NCBI GenBank assembly: GCA_903931835.1
Contig: CAIZEE010000120.1
Coordinates: forward strand, 1-52,845
Reading direction: 5' to 3'
Source of the DNA: an uncultured Elstera sp.
GTDB taxonomy: Bacteria; Pseudomonadota; Alphaproteobacteria; Elsterales; Elsteraceae
DNA length: 52,845 nt
A program made the position numbers and the translations under genes. The notes under the pieces are model-generated. The model saw only the letters and a program-made list of their open reading frames with translations. It did no database searches and was not told the origin of the DNA. This document shows positions 17,687 through 26,989 of this stretch, piece by piece; within the stretch, counting starts at the first letter, position 1; every line of letters begins with the position of its first letter.

Positions 17687-18823
17687 TCAAAACAGCTCAA
17701 CCGATCCGGCTTCTGAGTCGCCGGACGGCGTAACCGCCACGTCACTTTCGCTGCCACCGTCGATCACCCTGGAAACGAAGCGAGCCCGCATTTCGCTTAG
17801 CTTGTATCGAGCTGACAGCCCCTTCAGCCAGGCAACGTCGCCCGCCGTCTGAGCGGCGGCTTCCCCTGGTGACGCGCCGCCGCTTTCGCGCTGCCATTCG
17901 CCGACCGCATCGCCGATGATCGTCAGCGTGTCGAGAACCTGCTCAAGGCGCTGCGTGACCCGATCCTGGAACTGCATGCCGGTGACAATGGCGCTGATCC
18001 GTGCCGAAATCTGATGCTGATCGGAAGCCGCCTCGGTCACGATCTGGCCGAGATTGATGCCCCGCTGGATCATCGCCTCGACCAGCCTTTGCAGTTTCGA
18101 GCGCCGTTCGATATCGCTCGACATGTCGACGGAGGCGACTTCCTGAAGCGCAGTGCGGCTATCACGAATGGAGCGCACGACTTCCGACATGTGATGCCGC
18201 ATCGTTCCTGACAGGGACTTGGTCGATTGCGACAGGGTCCCGAGTTCATTGGCGACAACGCCAAACGCCTGACCGATGGTACCGCCTGCACGAGCGGCTT
18301 CGATTCGGGCGTTGACGGCGAGCATATTGGCCTGGCGATTAACGCCTTCGACCTTGTCGATGCACGCCTCGACCTGATCGACGCTCTTGCTCATGCCCTC
18401 CAACACGCCAACCATGGCAAGGGCGTTTTCCGAAAGAGCGCTGACCTTCGACACGATGTCGTCGAGAATCGTGTCGAACATGGCCGCCATCGCGCTGAGT
18501 TCGATCTCGTCGCCATCGACCGAAACCCGTCCCGCCATTGAGGCGATCTCTGCAATCCGGTCGCTCTGCGACTGCGCCTTGCCGGCGACATCGCGGAACG
18601 ACTCGACGACGACACCCGTCTCGGTCTCCATATCGCGGGAGGCATGTTTGATCTCGGCGCCGGCACTCTCGATAATCCGACGCAACATGCCGGCCCGCGA
18701 CGCCCAATGACGAACGAACCCGACGATGCGCGATGTCCCCTGTTCGGTGGCGCCGTGCACCACCCCGACATCGTCGCTTCCCGGGATCGGTTCCTTGGTC
18801 AAAACAGAAACGTTCATGCTCAC
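17687..18823 (-). CDS. Soluble, divergent MCP-signalling-domain protein
   Basis: 378 aa with no TM segment. It has a recognisable but degenerate MCP hairpin tip (NRQANMLAVNARIEAARAGGTIGQAFGVVANELGTLSQS, versus the canonical [32 protein letters not shown] found in the neighbouring MCP). It ends in GSVELF. Confidence 0.75.
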   Translation of the reverse strand: MSMNVSVLTKEPIPGSDDVGVVHGATEQGTSRIVGFVRHWASRAGMLRRIIESAGAEIKHASRDMETETGVVVESFRDVAGKAQSQSDRIAEIASMAGRVSVDGDEIELSAMAAMFDTILDDIVSKVSALSENALAMVGVLEGMSKSVDQVEACIDKVEGVNRQANMLAVNARIEAARAGGTIGQAFGVVANELGTLSQSTKSLSGTMRHHMSEVVRSIRDSRTALQEVASVDMSSDIERRSKLQRLVEAMIQRGINLGQIVTEAASDQHQISARISAIVTGMQFQDRVTQRLEQVLDTLTIIGDAVGEWQRESGGASPGEAAAQTAGDVAWLKGLSARYKLSEMRARFVSRVIDGGSESDVAVTPSGDSEAGSVELF

Positions 18824-18849
18824 CCGACCTTCACGAGTTAAAGGCGCCT

Positions 18850-19872
18850 TTACTGCAACATCTCCTGGGCCATACGCGACAGCGGCACTTCACGGTCGAC
18901 GGCACCCAGTAATTTCGCGGATTTGGGCATGCCATAGATCAGGCAGCTTGCTTCGTCCTGGCCGAGTGTGCGCGCACCAGCCCGCCGCATCTCAAGCAGA
19001 CCCGCGGCGCCGTCATTCCCCATACCGGTCAAAATGACGCCGGTCGCATTCTTGCCTGCGGCGACAGCAACTGAGTTGAACAGCACGTCAACCGATGGCC
19101 GGTGACCGGAAACGGGCGCTCCGTCATGCAGCCTGATCCGATAGGTGGCGCCGGAGCGGACCAGCTCCATGTGCCGGTTCCCATTGGCGATATAGACGTG
19201 GCCCGGCAGCACGCGCAGCCCGTCGATCGCCTCGACCACGCTCACGGTACATTGCTGATCAAGCCGGCGCGCAAAGGATGCGGTAAATCCGGCCGGCATG
19301 TGCTGGGTCACCAAAACCGGAGGCGTTGTGGCCGGGAGGGCCGATATCAGTTGCTGCAGCGCCTCAACCCCGCCCGTCGACGCCCCCACTGCGATAACCC
19401 GGCCAATCGACGACAAACGGTGATCGAAAATGATCGGCGGAGCATGGGTCTGTTGCGTTTCGCGCGCCCGAACGTGGGCGGATGCTGCTTCCTTTACCTT
19501 TTCGATGATCTCGTCGGCTGATCCGGCGATGCCGTTTCTGATGTCGAGGAGCGGCTTGCCAACATAATTGATGGCGCCCAATTCCAACGCCCTGAGCGCC
19601 GCCTCGGCATTCCTCTGGGTCAAGGTGGAGACCACCACGACCGGCGTTGGCCTCAGACTCATGATCTTCTCGAGGAAGGTCAGGCCGTCCATCTTCGGCA
19701 TCTCGATATCCAGCGTGATGACATCGGGGTTCAATGCCTTGATACGCTCACGCGCTATGATCGGATCGGGTGCCGTGCCAACGACCTCAATATCGGGATC
19801 GGCGCCGAGAAGTTCGGTCAGGAGCTGTCGGATGAGAGCCGAGTCGTCGATGATCAGAACCCGGATGGTCAT
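18850..19872 (-). CDS. cheB: Protein-glutamate methylesterase/glutaminase CheB
   Basis: 340 aa. REC (VLIIDDSALIRQ...ITLDIEMPKMDG) plus a methylesterase domain (AVGASTGG, HMP.GFT, GMGNDGA). Its start overlaps the cheD stop by 4 nt. Confidence 0.95.
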   Translation of the reverse strand: MTIRVLIIDDSALIRQLLTELLGADPDIEVVGTAPDPIIARERIKALNPDVITLDIEMPKMDGLTFLEKIMSLRPTPVVVVSTLTQRNAEAALRALELGAINYVGKPLLDIRNGIAGSADEIIEKVKEAASAHVRARETQQTHAPPIIFDHRLSSIGRVIAVGASTGGVEALQQLISALPATTPPVLVTQHMPAGFTASFARRLDQQCTVSVVEAIDGLRVLPGHVYIANGNRHMELVRSGATYRIRLHDGAPVSGHRPSVDVLFNSVAVAAGKNATGVILTGMGNDGAAGLLEMRRAGARTLGQDEASCLIYGMPKSAKLLGAVDREVPLSRMAQEMLQ

Positions 19873-20528
19873 AGCGGCGTCCCCGTGTCGAACAGCTCTG
19901 CCGAGCCATCGAGCGGCGTTGTCTTGAGCATTTGGCCGTAGCTTTCCTCCGTCTCGACGATCATGAGATCCGACTGACGGCGCAGTTCGAGCATCGCCAC
20001 CTTGCCGGTGCTGGGAACGTAATGAATGCGCCGCGGGTAAATGCCGTAGAGGTGTCGCGCCGAGATCGGCAATCGTTCAGCGGCGAGATAAGACTCAACA
20101 AATTGCGCGTTAAGCCACCCGATATTGCTGCCGTTCTGAAGCACATTGGCGCCACCGAAAACCTTTATTTCCAGTGAGTTGCGGCGACCGCCGCGCACCA
20201 AAATGTCGTTGATCAGCCGCTCCATCGCGAAATTTCCGTATCTGAGGCTGGCCGTCGCCTCCCCCCAATCGCCGCTTTCGCTCTGCGGCAACATAAAATG
20301 GTTCATGCCGCCAACCTCCGCCGCGTGGTCGCGGATACAGGCGGAAACGCAGCTGCCGAGCACCGTCACGATGGTTCGCCCCGGATCGTCGGTCACGTGA
20401 TGCTCGCCCGGCAGAACACGCACCTTGGTTAGTTCGAGCGGCGCCTCTTCAAGTGACACGACAGGGAATGCCGCCGAACGGCGGTCGAAGGCCGGCTGGC
20501 AGTAAGACAGCGCGTGCCCTCGACTCAT
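19869..20528 (-). CDS. cheD: Chemoreceptor glutamine deamidase CheD (copy 1)
   Basis: CheD motifs VLGSCVSACIRDH..VGGMNHFMLP and RYGNFAMERLIN. I chose the internal ATG at 20528 (MSRGHALSY...), 2 nt after the cheR stop. The track ORF up to 20738 would overlap cheR by about 200 nt. Confidence 0.88.
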   Translation of the reverse strand: MSRGHALSYCQPAFDRRSAAFPVVSLEEAPLELTKVRVLPGEHHVTDDPGRTIVTVLGSCVSACIRDHAAEVGGMNHFMLPQSESGDWGEATASLRYGNFAMERLINDILVRGGRRNSLEIKVFGGANVLQNGSNIGWLNAQFVESYLAAERLPISARHLYGIYPRRIHYVPSTGKVAMLELRRQSDLMIVETEESYGQMLKTTPLDGSAELFDTGTPL

Positions 20529-20530
20529 GA

Positions 20531-21367
20531 TCAGGAAACCTTCTGGTAAATAGTGCGGCCGAGATGGCGGAACCGGTCGGAGACGCCGTATAGCGTTTCG
20601 GAATGCCCAACGAACAACCAGCCGCCCGGCACCAGAAAATCGGCATAGCGGGCGAATAAGCTGCGTTGATCGTCCTTGCTGAAATAGATCACGACGTTGC
20701 GGCAGAAGATGACGTTGAACGGCCCCCGCATCGGCCACGGATCGAACAGATTCAAAGGGTTAAACGTGATCAACTCCTTCAGATCATCGGCCGCAACGAC
20801 ATGGCCTTCGTCGGCCTTGCGGAAGAAGCGCCGGCGATATTCGGCGGATACTGTCGACAAGCGCGACGCGTCATATCGGCCCGCCTTGGCGTGTGCGACC
20901 ATGTTGGTATCGATATCGGTGGCAAGGATCTTTGCATCCCAATTCGGCCCGGCGCCGAGCTTGTCGCGCACCGTCATCGCAATCGAATAGGGCTCCTCGC
21001 CAGAAGAGCATCCGGCCGACCAGATGCGCAGGCGGCTGGTGCTCGCCTGTTCCTTGAGCTCCGCCAGAACGGTATCGCCCAGGAATTCGAAATGATGCGG
21101 CTCGCGAAAGAAGCCGGTGAGGTTGGTCGTAATGGCGTTGACCATATTACGACGTTCGGCCTCACCATCCTCGCTCTCCAAAAGCTCGCAATATTCGCTG
21201 AAGTCGCTGAGCCCCATCGCTCTCAGACGCTTCGCCAGGCGGCCATAGACAAGGTCGCGTTTTTGAGCGCTGAGAACGATGCCGGTTTCTTCGCGCACCA
21301 AACGGACGATTGTCGAAAACTCACCTTCGCCGAGCGGAAATTGAGTGCGCTGTTGCAAGCCAGACAT
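20531..21367 (-). CDS. cheR: Chemotaxis protein methyltransferase CheR
   Basis: 278 aa. CheR N-domain (FREPHHFEFL) and SAM-binding domain (RIWSAGCSSGEEPYSIAM, FCRNVVIYF). Confidence 0.95.
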   Translation of the reverse strand: MSGLQQRTQFPLGEGEFSTIVRLVREETGIVLSAQKRDLVYGRLAKRLRAMGLSDFSEYCELLESEDGEAERRNMVNAITTNLTGFFREPHHFEFLGDTVLAELKEQASTSRLRIWSAGCSSGEEPYSIAMTVRDKLGAGPNWDAKILATDIDTNMVAHAKAGRYDASRLSTVSAEYRRRFFRKADEGHVVAADDLKELITFNPLNLFDPWPMRGPFNVIFCRNVVIYFSKDDQRSLFARYADFLVPGGWLFVGHSETLYGVSDRFRHLGRTIYQKVS

Positions 21368-21381
21368 GGCCCACCCCTGCC

Positions 21382-23643
21382 CTAGAATTCCTGCCAGTCA
21401 GTATCGACGGCAGTAGCAGCTTTGCTCGTTCCGTTCGACCGCGGCATCGCCTTGGCCGCAGCCCGCATCGGGCTTCTGCTAGGGGCCGGTACTTTAGGCT
21501 TGCGCACGTCCGGTGCGGCACTTGCGGTTGGACGCCGGGCCGGCATGCGGGCAGGCGCCTCATCCTCAAGCAAGGTGAAGCCCGCGACCATCTCGGCCAA
21601 GGATGAGGTCTGTTCCTCCATTGATTTCGCGGCAGCCGCAGCTTGTTCGACCAAAGCGGCGTTCTGCTGGGTGATCTTGTCCATCTGGGTGACGGCGGTA
21701 TTGACCTGTTCGATGCCGGCACTCTGTTCCTGCGAAGCCGCAGAAATCTCCGCGATGATATCGGTCACACGCCTTACCGACATGACGATCTCATCCATCG
21801 TCTTGCCGGCGCTATCGACAAGTTTCGATCCGGATTCGACCTTGGAGACGGAGTCGGAAATCAGCGCCTTGATCTCCTTCGCCGCATTCGCGCTGCGTTG
21901 TGCCAGATTGCGAACCTCAGCGGCGACAACTGCAAAGCCCCGTCCCTGTTCGCCGGCCCTCGCCGCCTCGACTGCGGCGTTGAGCGCCAGGATATTGGTC
22001 TGGAACGCAATCTCGTCGATCACGCCGATAATATCGGCGATCTTGCGGCTAGCCTCGCTGATCCCCTCCATCGTGGAGACAACTTCGGTGACGACATGGC
22101 CACCTTTCACCGCAACATCGGAGGCGGAGTTGGAGAGCTTGTTCGCCTGCTGCGCGCTTTCGGCGTTCTGACGCACTGTGGTGGTCAGTTCCTCCAGGCT
22201 AGCCGCCGTTTCCTCAAGGCTTGAAGCCTGTTCCTCGGTGCGTTGGGACAGATCGGTGTTACCCATCGCAATTTCGCGTGATGCCGTGCTGATCGTCTCC
22301 GCCGCCTCGATGATGCCGCCGATGATTGTCGTCATGCTATCGAGCAAGCCGTTGACGCCGGCGCAGAGTTCACCGATCTGGCCGTCCTTGCCATCCATTG
22401 GCACGCGCCGCGACAAGTCATTTTCCTTCGCCGCCGTCACCACTTCCTGTGTCTGCTCGACTGCGAGTTGGAGGGCGCGCGAGGCATTGACCTGGGCGGT
22501 AATGTCGGCGGCGAACTTGACCACCTTGAAGGGTTTTCCCTCCGCATTGAGGATCGGGTTGTAGCTCGCCTGCAACCACAGCTCGCGGCCGCCCTTGGCG
22601 ACACGACGGTATTGCCCGGCGTCGTATTCACCGCGTCCCAGTTTGTCCCAGAACAAGCGATATTCGGCCCCTTGCCGTTCGATCGGGTCGACGAACAGCG
22701 AGTGGTGCTGCCCCTTGATCTCGTCGAGCGAATAGCCGACGGCTTTGAGGAAATTCTCATTCGCCATAACGATCTTGCCGTCGAGGGTGAATTCGATCAC
22801 CGCCTGGGCCTTGCTGATCGCCGCCAACTGGCCTTCAAAATCGGAATTTCGGATCATCTGCTTGGTGATGTCGGTCGCGTATTTGACGACCTTGAACGGC
22901 TTGCCGTCAGCATTGAGGATCGGGTTGTAGCTCGCCTCGAGCCAGATATCCCGCCCACCCTTGCCGATGCGCTTGTACTGACCGGCATCGAACTCGCCGC
23001 GGCCAAGTCGCTCCCAGAACATCCGATACTCGGCACTCTGGCGGTAGGACGGCTCGACGAACATACCATGGTGCTGGCCCCTGATCTCGTCGATCGAGTA
23101 GCCGACCGTGCTCAGGAAATTCTCGTTGGCGTTCAGAATCTTGCCGTCGAGCGTGAACTCGATCACCGCCTGCGACTTGCCGATCGCCGCCAGTTGGCCC
23201 TCAAAATCGGCGTTCCGAAGCTTCTGATCGGTTATGTCGGCCGCATACTTCACGACCTTGAAAGGTCTGCCCTCGATATCCAGGATCGGGTTATAGCTCG
23301 CCTCTAGCCAGATTTCCCGGCCGCCCTTGCCGACACGCTTATACTGCCCGGCATCGTATTCACCCCGACCGAGCCGCTCCCAGAACATCCGATACTCGAC
23401 ACTCTGCCGGAACGCGGGATCGACGAACATCCCGTGATGTTGCCCCTTGACCTCGTCCAGCGAGTAGCCGACCGTTTTCAGGAAATTCTCATTTGCCGTC
23501 AGGATCCTGCCATCCGGTGTGAATTCGATGACAGCTTGTGATTTGTCGAGAGCGGCAATCTTGCCCTTCAACTCCCGCAGCTCGGCTTTTTGATTGTCGT
23601 TGCTGGAACCGTTTTGGCTGAGAACGTTGGTGAACCAGGACAT
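21382..23643 (-). CDS. Cytoplasmic methyl-accepting chemotaxis protein with three tandem PAS domains and a C-terminal DWQEF pentapeptide
   Basis: 753 aa with no TM segment. Three 122-aa PAS units are followed by the canonical MCP tip ([40 protein letters not shown]). A Pro/Ala/Lys-rich tether ends in DWQEF, which fits the xWxxF CheR/CheB docking pattern. Confidence 0.95.
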   Translation of the reverse strand: MSWFTNVLSQNGSSNDNQKAELRELKGKIAALDKSQAVIEFTPDGRILTANENFLKTVGYSLDEVKGQHHGMFVDPAFRQSVEYRMFWERLGRGEYDAGQYKRVGKGGREIWLEASYNPILDIEGRPFKVVKYAADITDQKLRNADFEGQLAAIGKSQAVIEFTLDGKILNANENFLSTVGYSIDEIRGQHHGMFVEPSYRQSAEYRMFWERLGRGEFDAGQYKRIGKGGRDIWLEASYNPILNADGKPFKVVKYATDITKQMIRNSDFEGQLAAISKAQAVIEFTLDGKIVMANENFLKAVGYSLDEIKGQHHSLFVDPIERQGAEYRLFWDKLGRGEYDAGQYRRVAKGGRELWLQASYNPILNAEGKPFKVVKFAADITAQVNASRALQLAVEQTQEVVTAAKENDLSRRVPMDGKDGQIGELCAGVNGLLDSMTTIIGGIIEAAETISTASREIAMGNTDLSQRTEEQASSLEETAASLEELTTTVRQNAESAQQANKLSNSASDVAVKGGHVVTEVVSTMEGISEASRKIADIIGVIDEIAFQTNILALNAAVEAARAGEQGRGFAVVAAEVRNLAQRSANAAKEIKALISDSVSKVESGSKLVDSAGKTMDEIVMSVRRVTDIIAEISAASQEQSAGIEQVNTAVTQMDKITQQNAALVEQAAAAAKSMEEQTSSLAEMVAGFTLLEDEAPARMPARRPTASAAPDVRKPKVPAPSRSPMRAAAKAMPRSNGTSKAATAVDTDWQEF
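22468..23565 (-). repeat. Intragenic tandem triplication, period 366 nt (3 x PAS unit)
   Basis: The landmark GATCGGGTT recurs at 22552, 22918 and 23284 (spacing exactly 366 nt). The protein units [29 protein letters not shown]...YR.FW..LGRGE.DAGQY.R..KGGR..WL.ASYNPIL...G.PFKVVK.A.DIT are highly similar. Confidence 0.9.
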
Positions 23644-23691
23644 CTCATGTCTCCTAAGGATCAGAATTCGTTGACGATTGGCGTCAGGAAG

Positions 23692-24231
23692 TCAGGCGGC
23701 CTGGATGGCCAGGGGGGCGATGGGCTCGCCATCGCCGTGATTGCCGAAAAGCCCGTCGAGCGAGACCAGCGTCACCATCCGGTCGCCGAGAGCCGCGAGC
23801 CCTTGCAGAAAATCGGCATCGACCGACATGCCCATCTCAGGCACCGGGCGGATCGCCTCAGCTTCGACCGATATGATGTCTGACACCGTGTCGACCAGCA
23901 GCCCGATGGTGCGCTGACCGTTGGTTACGATGATCACCACATGCATGCGCGTCGGTTCGGTCATCCCCATGCCGAAACGGGCGCGCAGATCAAAGATCGG
24001 CACGATAACGCCGCGCAGATTGATCACGCCGCGAACATGAGGCGGCGCGTTGGGGATGGTGGTAGTGACCGTCCAGCCCTTGATCTCCCGCACGACCATG
24101 ATGTCGATACCGTATTCCTCGACGCCGAGCGTAAAGGTGATGAATTGCAGCGCCGTATCGCTGGCGCTGGCCAGCAGATCGGGAACGTGCTGACCGACTG
24201 ATTTTGCAGGCGTGAGCTCAACAGCATTCAT
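23692..24231 (-). CDS. cheW: Chemotaxis coupling protein CheW
   Basis: The internal ATG at 24231 (MNAVELTP...) gives 179 aa with CheW motifs (FITFTLGVEEYGIDIMVVREI, VINLRGVIVPIFDLR). The longer track ORF (to 24405) overlaps cheA. Confidence 0.9.
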   Translation of the reverse strand: MNAVELTPAKSVGQHVPDLLASASDTALQFITFTLGVEEYGIDIMVVREIKGWTVTTTIPNAPPHVRGVINLRGVIVPIFDLRARFGMGMTEPTRMHVVIIVTNGQRTIGLLVDTVSDIISVEAEAIRPVPEMGMSVDADFLQGLAALGDRMVTLVSLDGLFGNHGDGEPIAPLAIQAA

Positions 24232-24250
24232 GATCGAGCGTCCTTCGGGG

Positions 24251-26287
24251 TTAGTGAAGACCAGGCGGCGGTGATATGTTCTGTTCGCTGGAAGTGATGG
24301 ACGGGCGCCGCGCGGACGGCGAAATAATGTCGCGCAGGCGACCGATATCGAGGATGAGGGCAACCCTGCCATTGCCGAGAATTGTGGCGCCGCTGATCCC
24401 CTCAACCGGGTCGTAATTGGCCTCCAGGCTTTTCACGACGACCTGCTGTTGGCCGACTAGCTCATCGACCACGAGGCACATCCGCCCATCGCCCTCGCTT
24501 TCGACGATCATGACGATGCCGCGACAGGGATCGGTCACGGCGTCGGCGACATTGAAATGCCGATGCAGATAGACCAGCGGCAGGTATTCGCCACGGATGG
24601 CGAGCACGTCGCCCGCTCCTAAAACCGGGCGGATATCAGCCGGTTTCGGTCGCAGGCTTTCGCGAATCTGAGTCAGCGGCACGATGTAGGTTTCAGCGCC
24701 AACCGCGACGACCATGCCGTCGAGCACCGCGAGCGTCAGTGGCAGTGACAGGACAAATCGCGACCCTACGCCGAACTGAGATTCCACCGTGATGCGTCCG
24801 CCCAGCGCCTGCATGTTGCGCTTGACCACATCCATGCCAACGCCGCGGCCGGAGATGCTGGAGATGTTTTCCGCAGTGGAAAAGCCGGGCAGAAAAATCA
24901 GATTGTCGATTTCCTCGTCCGACAGCGCGCTGCCGGGCGCCACTAACCCGCGCGACTCGGCCTTTGCCAGTACGCGGGCGCGATCGATGCCACGGCCATC
25001 GTCGCTTATCTCGATGACGATCCGTCCACTGCGATGACCGGCACCGAGATGGATCGTGCCTTGACGGGGCTTACCCGCAGCCTCGCGCTGATCCGGCATC
25101 TCGATGCCGTGGTCGAGCGCATTGCGCAGCAAATGGGTCAACGGATCGGCCAGCTGCTCGATCACAGTCTTGTCGATTTCCGTACCTTCGCCGGTGACGA
25201 CCAGCCGGACCTCTTTCTGGAGCTGTCCGGCCACTTCGCGGACCAGCCGGGGCATACGGGCGAAGACCGATTTGACCGGCTGCGCGCGCATCGCCATCAC
25301 GCCTTCTTGAAGCTCGCGTAAATGCTGCGACAGCGTCTCCAGCCCGTTGACCAGACCCGGGCAAAGATCGGGCGGCAAATCGCTGCTGAGTTCGGACAGC
25401 ATCGCCTGGTTGATCACCAGTTCGCCGACCAGATTGACCACGCGGTCGACCTTGTCGACATCGACACGGATGGAATGGGGCGCGCCCGCGTCGCTCTTAC
25501 CGGTTTCGGTCAGCACGGTCGGCTGGGCCGACGGCACGGTTGCCAAAGGTCGTTCAACCTTGGCGGGTTGAAGATGCGTGGAGATGGTCAGGTCGCAATC
25601 GTCGACGACGAAGTCGAAGATTTCCTCGATCACCGATTTCGGGGCGGTCGTCTTGAGGCTGATCGACCAACTGAGATAGGCGTGCTCCGGCTCGATCGCG
25701 CCAAGCCGGGGAAGGCGGCTTAGATCAACTGCGACCGTTGCCTCGCCCAGCCGCTTCAGCTCGCGGATCAGCAAAAGCGGTTCGTTCGCGCGCTTGAAAA
25801 GCTCGGGATGCGGCTCGAAGCGGATTTCATAAGTCCGCATCACCTCAGGCTCGTCGGCCACGACCATCTGTTTTGCAGGTACCTTAGCACCCTTGGCCGG
25901 CCCGATCTCAGCAGCGGCCTCAAGCAGGGCGACCAGCTCGTTCTCAAATCCCGGCGGCGGATCGCGCTCAACCCGCGCGGCGTCGATCAGGTCGCTCAGC
26001 GTATCGGTCGCTTTGATGAGCAGGGCCGCCATGTCGGTGGTCGGCATTTGTCCATCGGCCCGCAACAGATCGAGCAGGGTCTCCAGCACATGCGCGAACT
26101 TGACCAGCCGCTCGAACCCGAACGCCCCGCCACCGCCCTTGATCGAATGGACGGCGCGAAAGACCGCATGCATCGTCTCGCCATCCGCCCCGCCATCGGC
26201 AAACAACGCGAGATAGCCGTACAACGCGTCGAGGAGTTCGGAGCACTCCTCAAAATAGGTCGTCTTGAACTGGTCGATACTGGCCAT
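24251..26287 (-). CDS. cheA: Chemotaxis histidine kinase CheA
   Basis: Hpt (FRAVHSIKGGGGAFGF), dimerisation and HATPase regions (HLLRNALDHGIE, DDGRGID, GRGVGMDVV) and a C-terminal CheW-like domain. The preferred start is ATG 26287 (MASIDQFK), 10 nt after the cheY stop. Confidence 0.95.
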   Translation of the reverse strand: MASIDQFKTTYFEECSELLDALYGYLALFADGGADGETMHAVFRAVHSIKGGGGAFGFERLVKFAHVLETLLDLLRADGQMPTTDMAALLIKATDTLSDLIDAARVERDPPPGFENELVALLEAAAEIGPAKGAKVPAKQMVVADEPEVMRTYEIRFEPHPELFKRANEPLLLIRELKRLGEATVAVDLSRLPRLGAIEPEHAYLSWSISLKTTAPKSVIEEIFDFVVDDCDLTISTHLQPAKVERPLATVPSAQPTVLTETGKSDAGAPHSIRVDVDKVDRVVNLVGELVINQAMLSELSSDLPPDLCPGLVNGLETLSQHLRELQEGVMAMRAQPVKSVFARMPRLVREVAGQLQKEVRLVVTGEGTEIDKTVIEQLADPLTHLLRNALDHGIEMPDQREAAGKPRQGTIHLGAGHRSGRIVIEISDDGRGIDRARVLAKAESRGLVAPGSALSDEEIDNLIFLPGFSTAENISSISGRGVGMDVVKRNMQALGGRITVESQFGVGSRFVLSLPLTLAVLDGMVVAVGAETYIVPLTQIRESLRPKPADIRPVLGAGDVLAIRGEYLPLVYLHRHFNVADAVTDPCRGIVMIVESEGDGRMCLVVDELVGQQQVVVKSLEANYDPVEGISGATILGNGRVALILDIGRLRDIISPSARRPSITSSEQNISPPPGLH

Positions 26288-26297
26288 GCGATGTCCC

Positions 26298-26663
26298 TCA
26301 GGCGCAGATGCGGTTCGCAAGCTCGACTAATTTTTCCGGGTTGAACGGCTTGACCAGCCATCCGGTCGCGCCGGCAGCACGCCCTTCCGCCTTCTTGTCG
26401 GCGTCGCCCTCCGTGGTCAGCATCAGGATCGGAACCGCCCGGTATTTGGGATCGGCGCGCAGGTTCCGGATCAGCGATATGCCATCCATATTCGGCATAT
26501 TGAGATCGGTGATAATGAGATCGACCTCAGTCTTGCGCAGGGCGCTGAGGGCCTTTTGTCCATCCTCGGCCGCCTCGACCAGGAAGCCGGCCGTGCTGAG
26601 CGTGAACACCACCATGTCGCGCATAGTCTTGGAGTCGTCTACCGTCATGATGCGCTTTTGCAT
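26298..26663 (-). CDS. cheY: Single-domain response regulator CheY (copy 1)
   Basis: 121-aa receiver only (MTVDDSKTMRD, DLIITDLNMPNMDG, LVKPF). Confidence 0.95.
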   Translation of the reverse strand: MQKRIMTVDDSKTMRDMVVFTLSTAGFLVEAAEDGQKALSALRKTEVDLIITDLNMPNMDGISLIRNLRADPKYRAVPILMLTTEGDADKKAEGRAAGATGWLVKPFNPEKLVELANRICA

Positions 26664-26675
26664 GTCACACCCCCC

Positions 26676-26957
26676 TCACGAGAACAGGCTTTGATCGAGC
26701 CCGAGATCAGCGATCGCCTGGCTCAAAACAGGCGATGGCGTAACAAGGCGCAACGCGGCCCCTTGCGAGCGAGCGGTGATCGACGCCGTTACGATGATTT
26801 GCAGGCAAGCCGTGGAAACCCGTTCCACAGCACTACCATCGAGCTCCAGAAGATCCTCTGAGCCAAGATGCGTCCTCAGTTCCTCGCAGAGCGGCACCGC
26901 CGCCAGCAAATCCAGAACAGGTGACAAATGAATCGGGACTGACGCCTGATTCTGCAT
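26676..26957 (-). CDS. STAS-domain protein (CheS/anti-sigma-antagonist-like), first gene of the che operon
   Basis: 93 aa with a STAS-like pattern (LELDGSAVERVSTACLQIIVTA). Its position ahead of cheY-cheA matches alphaproteobacterial che operons. RBS GAGGAG lies upstream. Confidence 0.75.
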   Translation of the reverse strand: MQNQASVPIHLSPVLDLLAAVPLCEELRTHLGSEDLLELDGSAVERVSTACLQIIVTASITARSQGAALRLVTPSPVLSQAIADLGLDQSLFS

Positions 26958-26989
26958 CGATTTCGCGCTCCTCTATGTCGTGCCTCATT

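Noticed and set aside
19869-20738. Long N-terminal extensions suggested by the track for cheD1. The same issue affects cheW (to 24405), cheA (to 26320), FkbM (to 33750), the NCS1 permease (to 35952), the usher-overlapping SCPU gene (15990), 32170, 38048, 40875, 42704 and 51686
   Set aside because: The extensions overlap the preceding gene by tens to hundreds of nt and translate to non-protein-like sequence. Internal ATG or GTG codons placed 0-15 nt after the upstream stop, or overlapping it as ATGA/GTGA, give family-typical N-termini.
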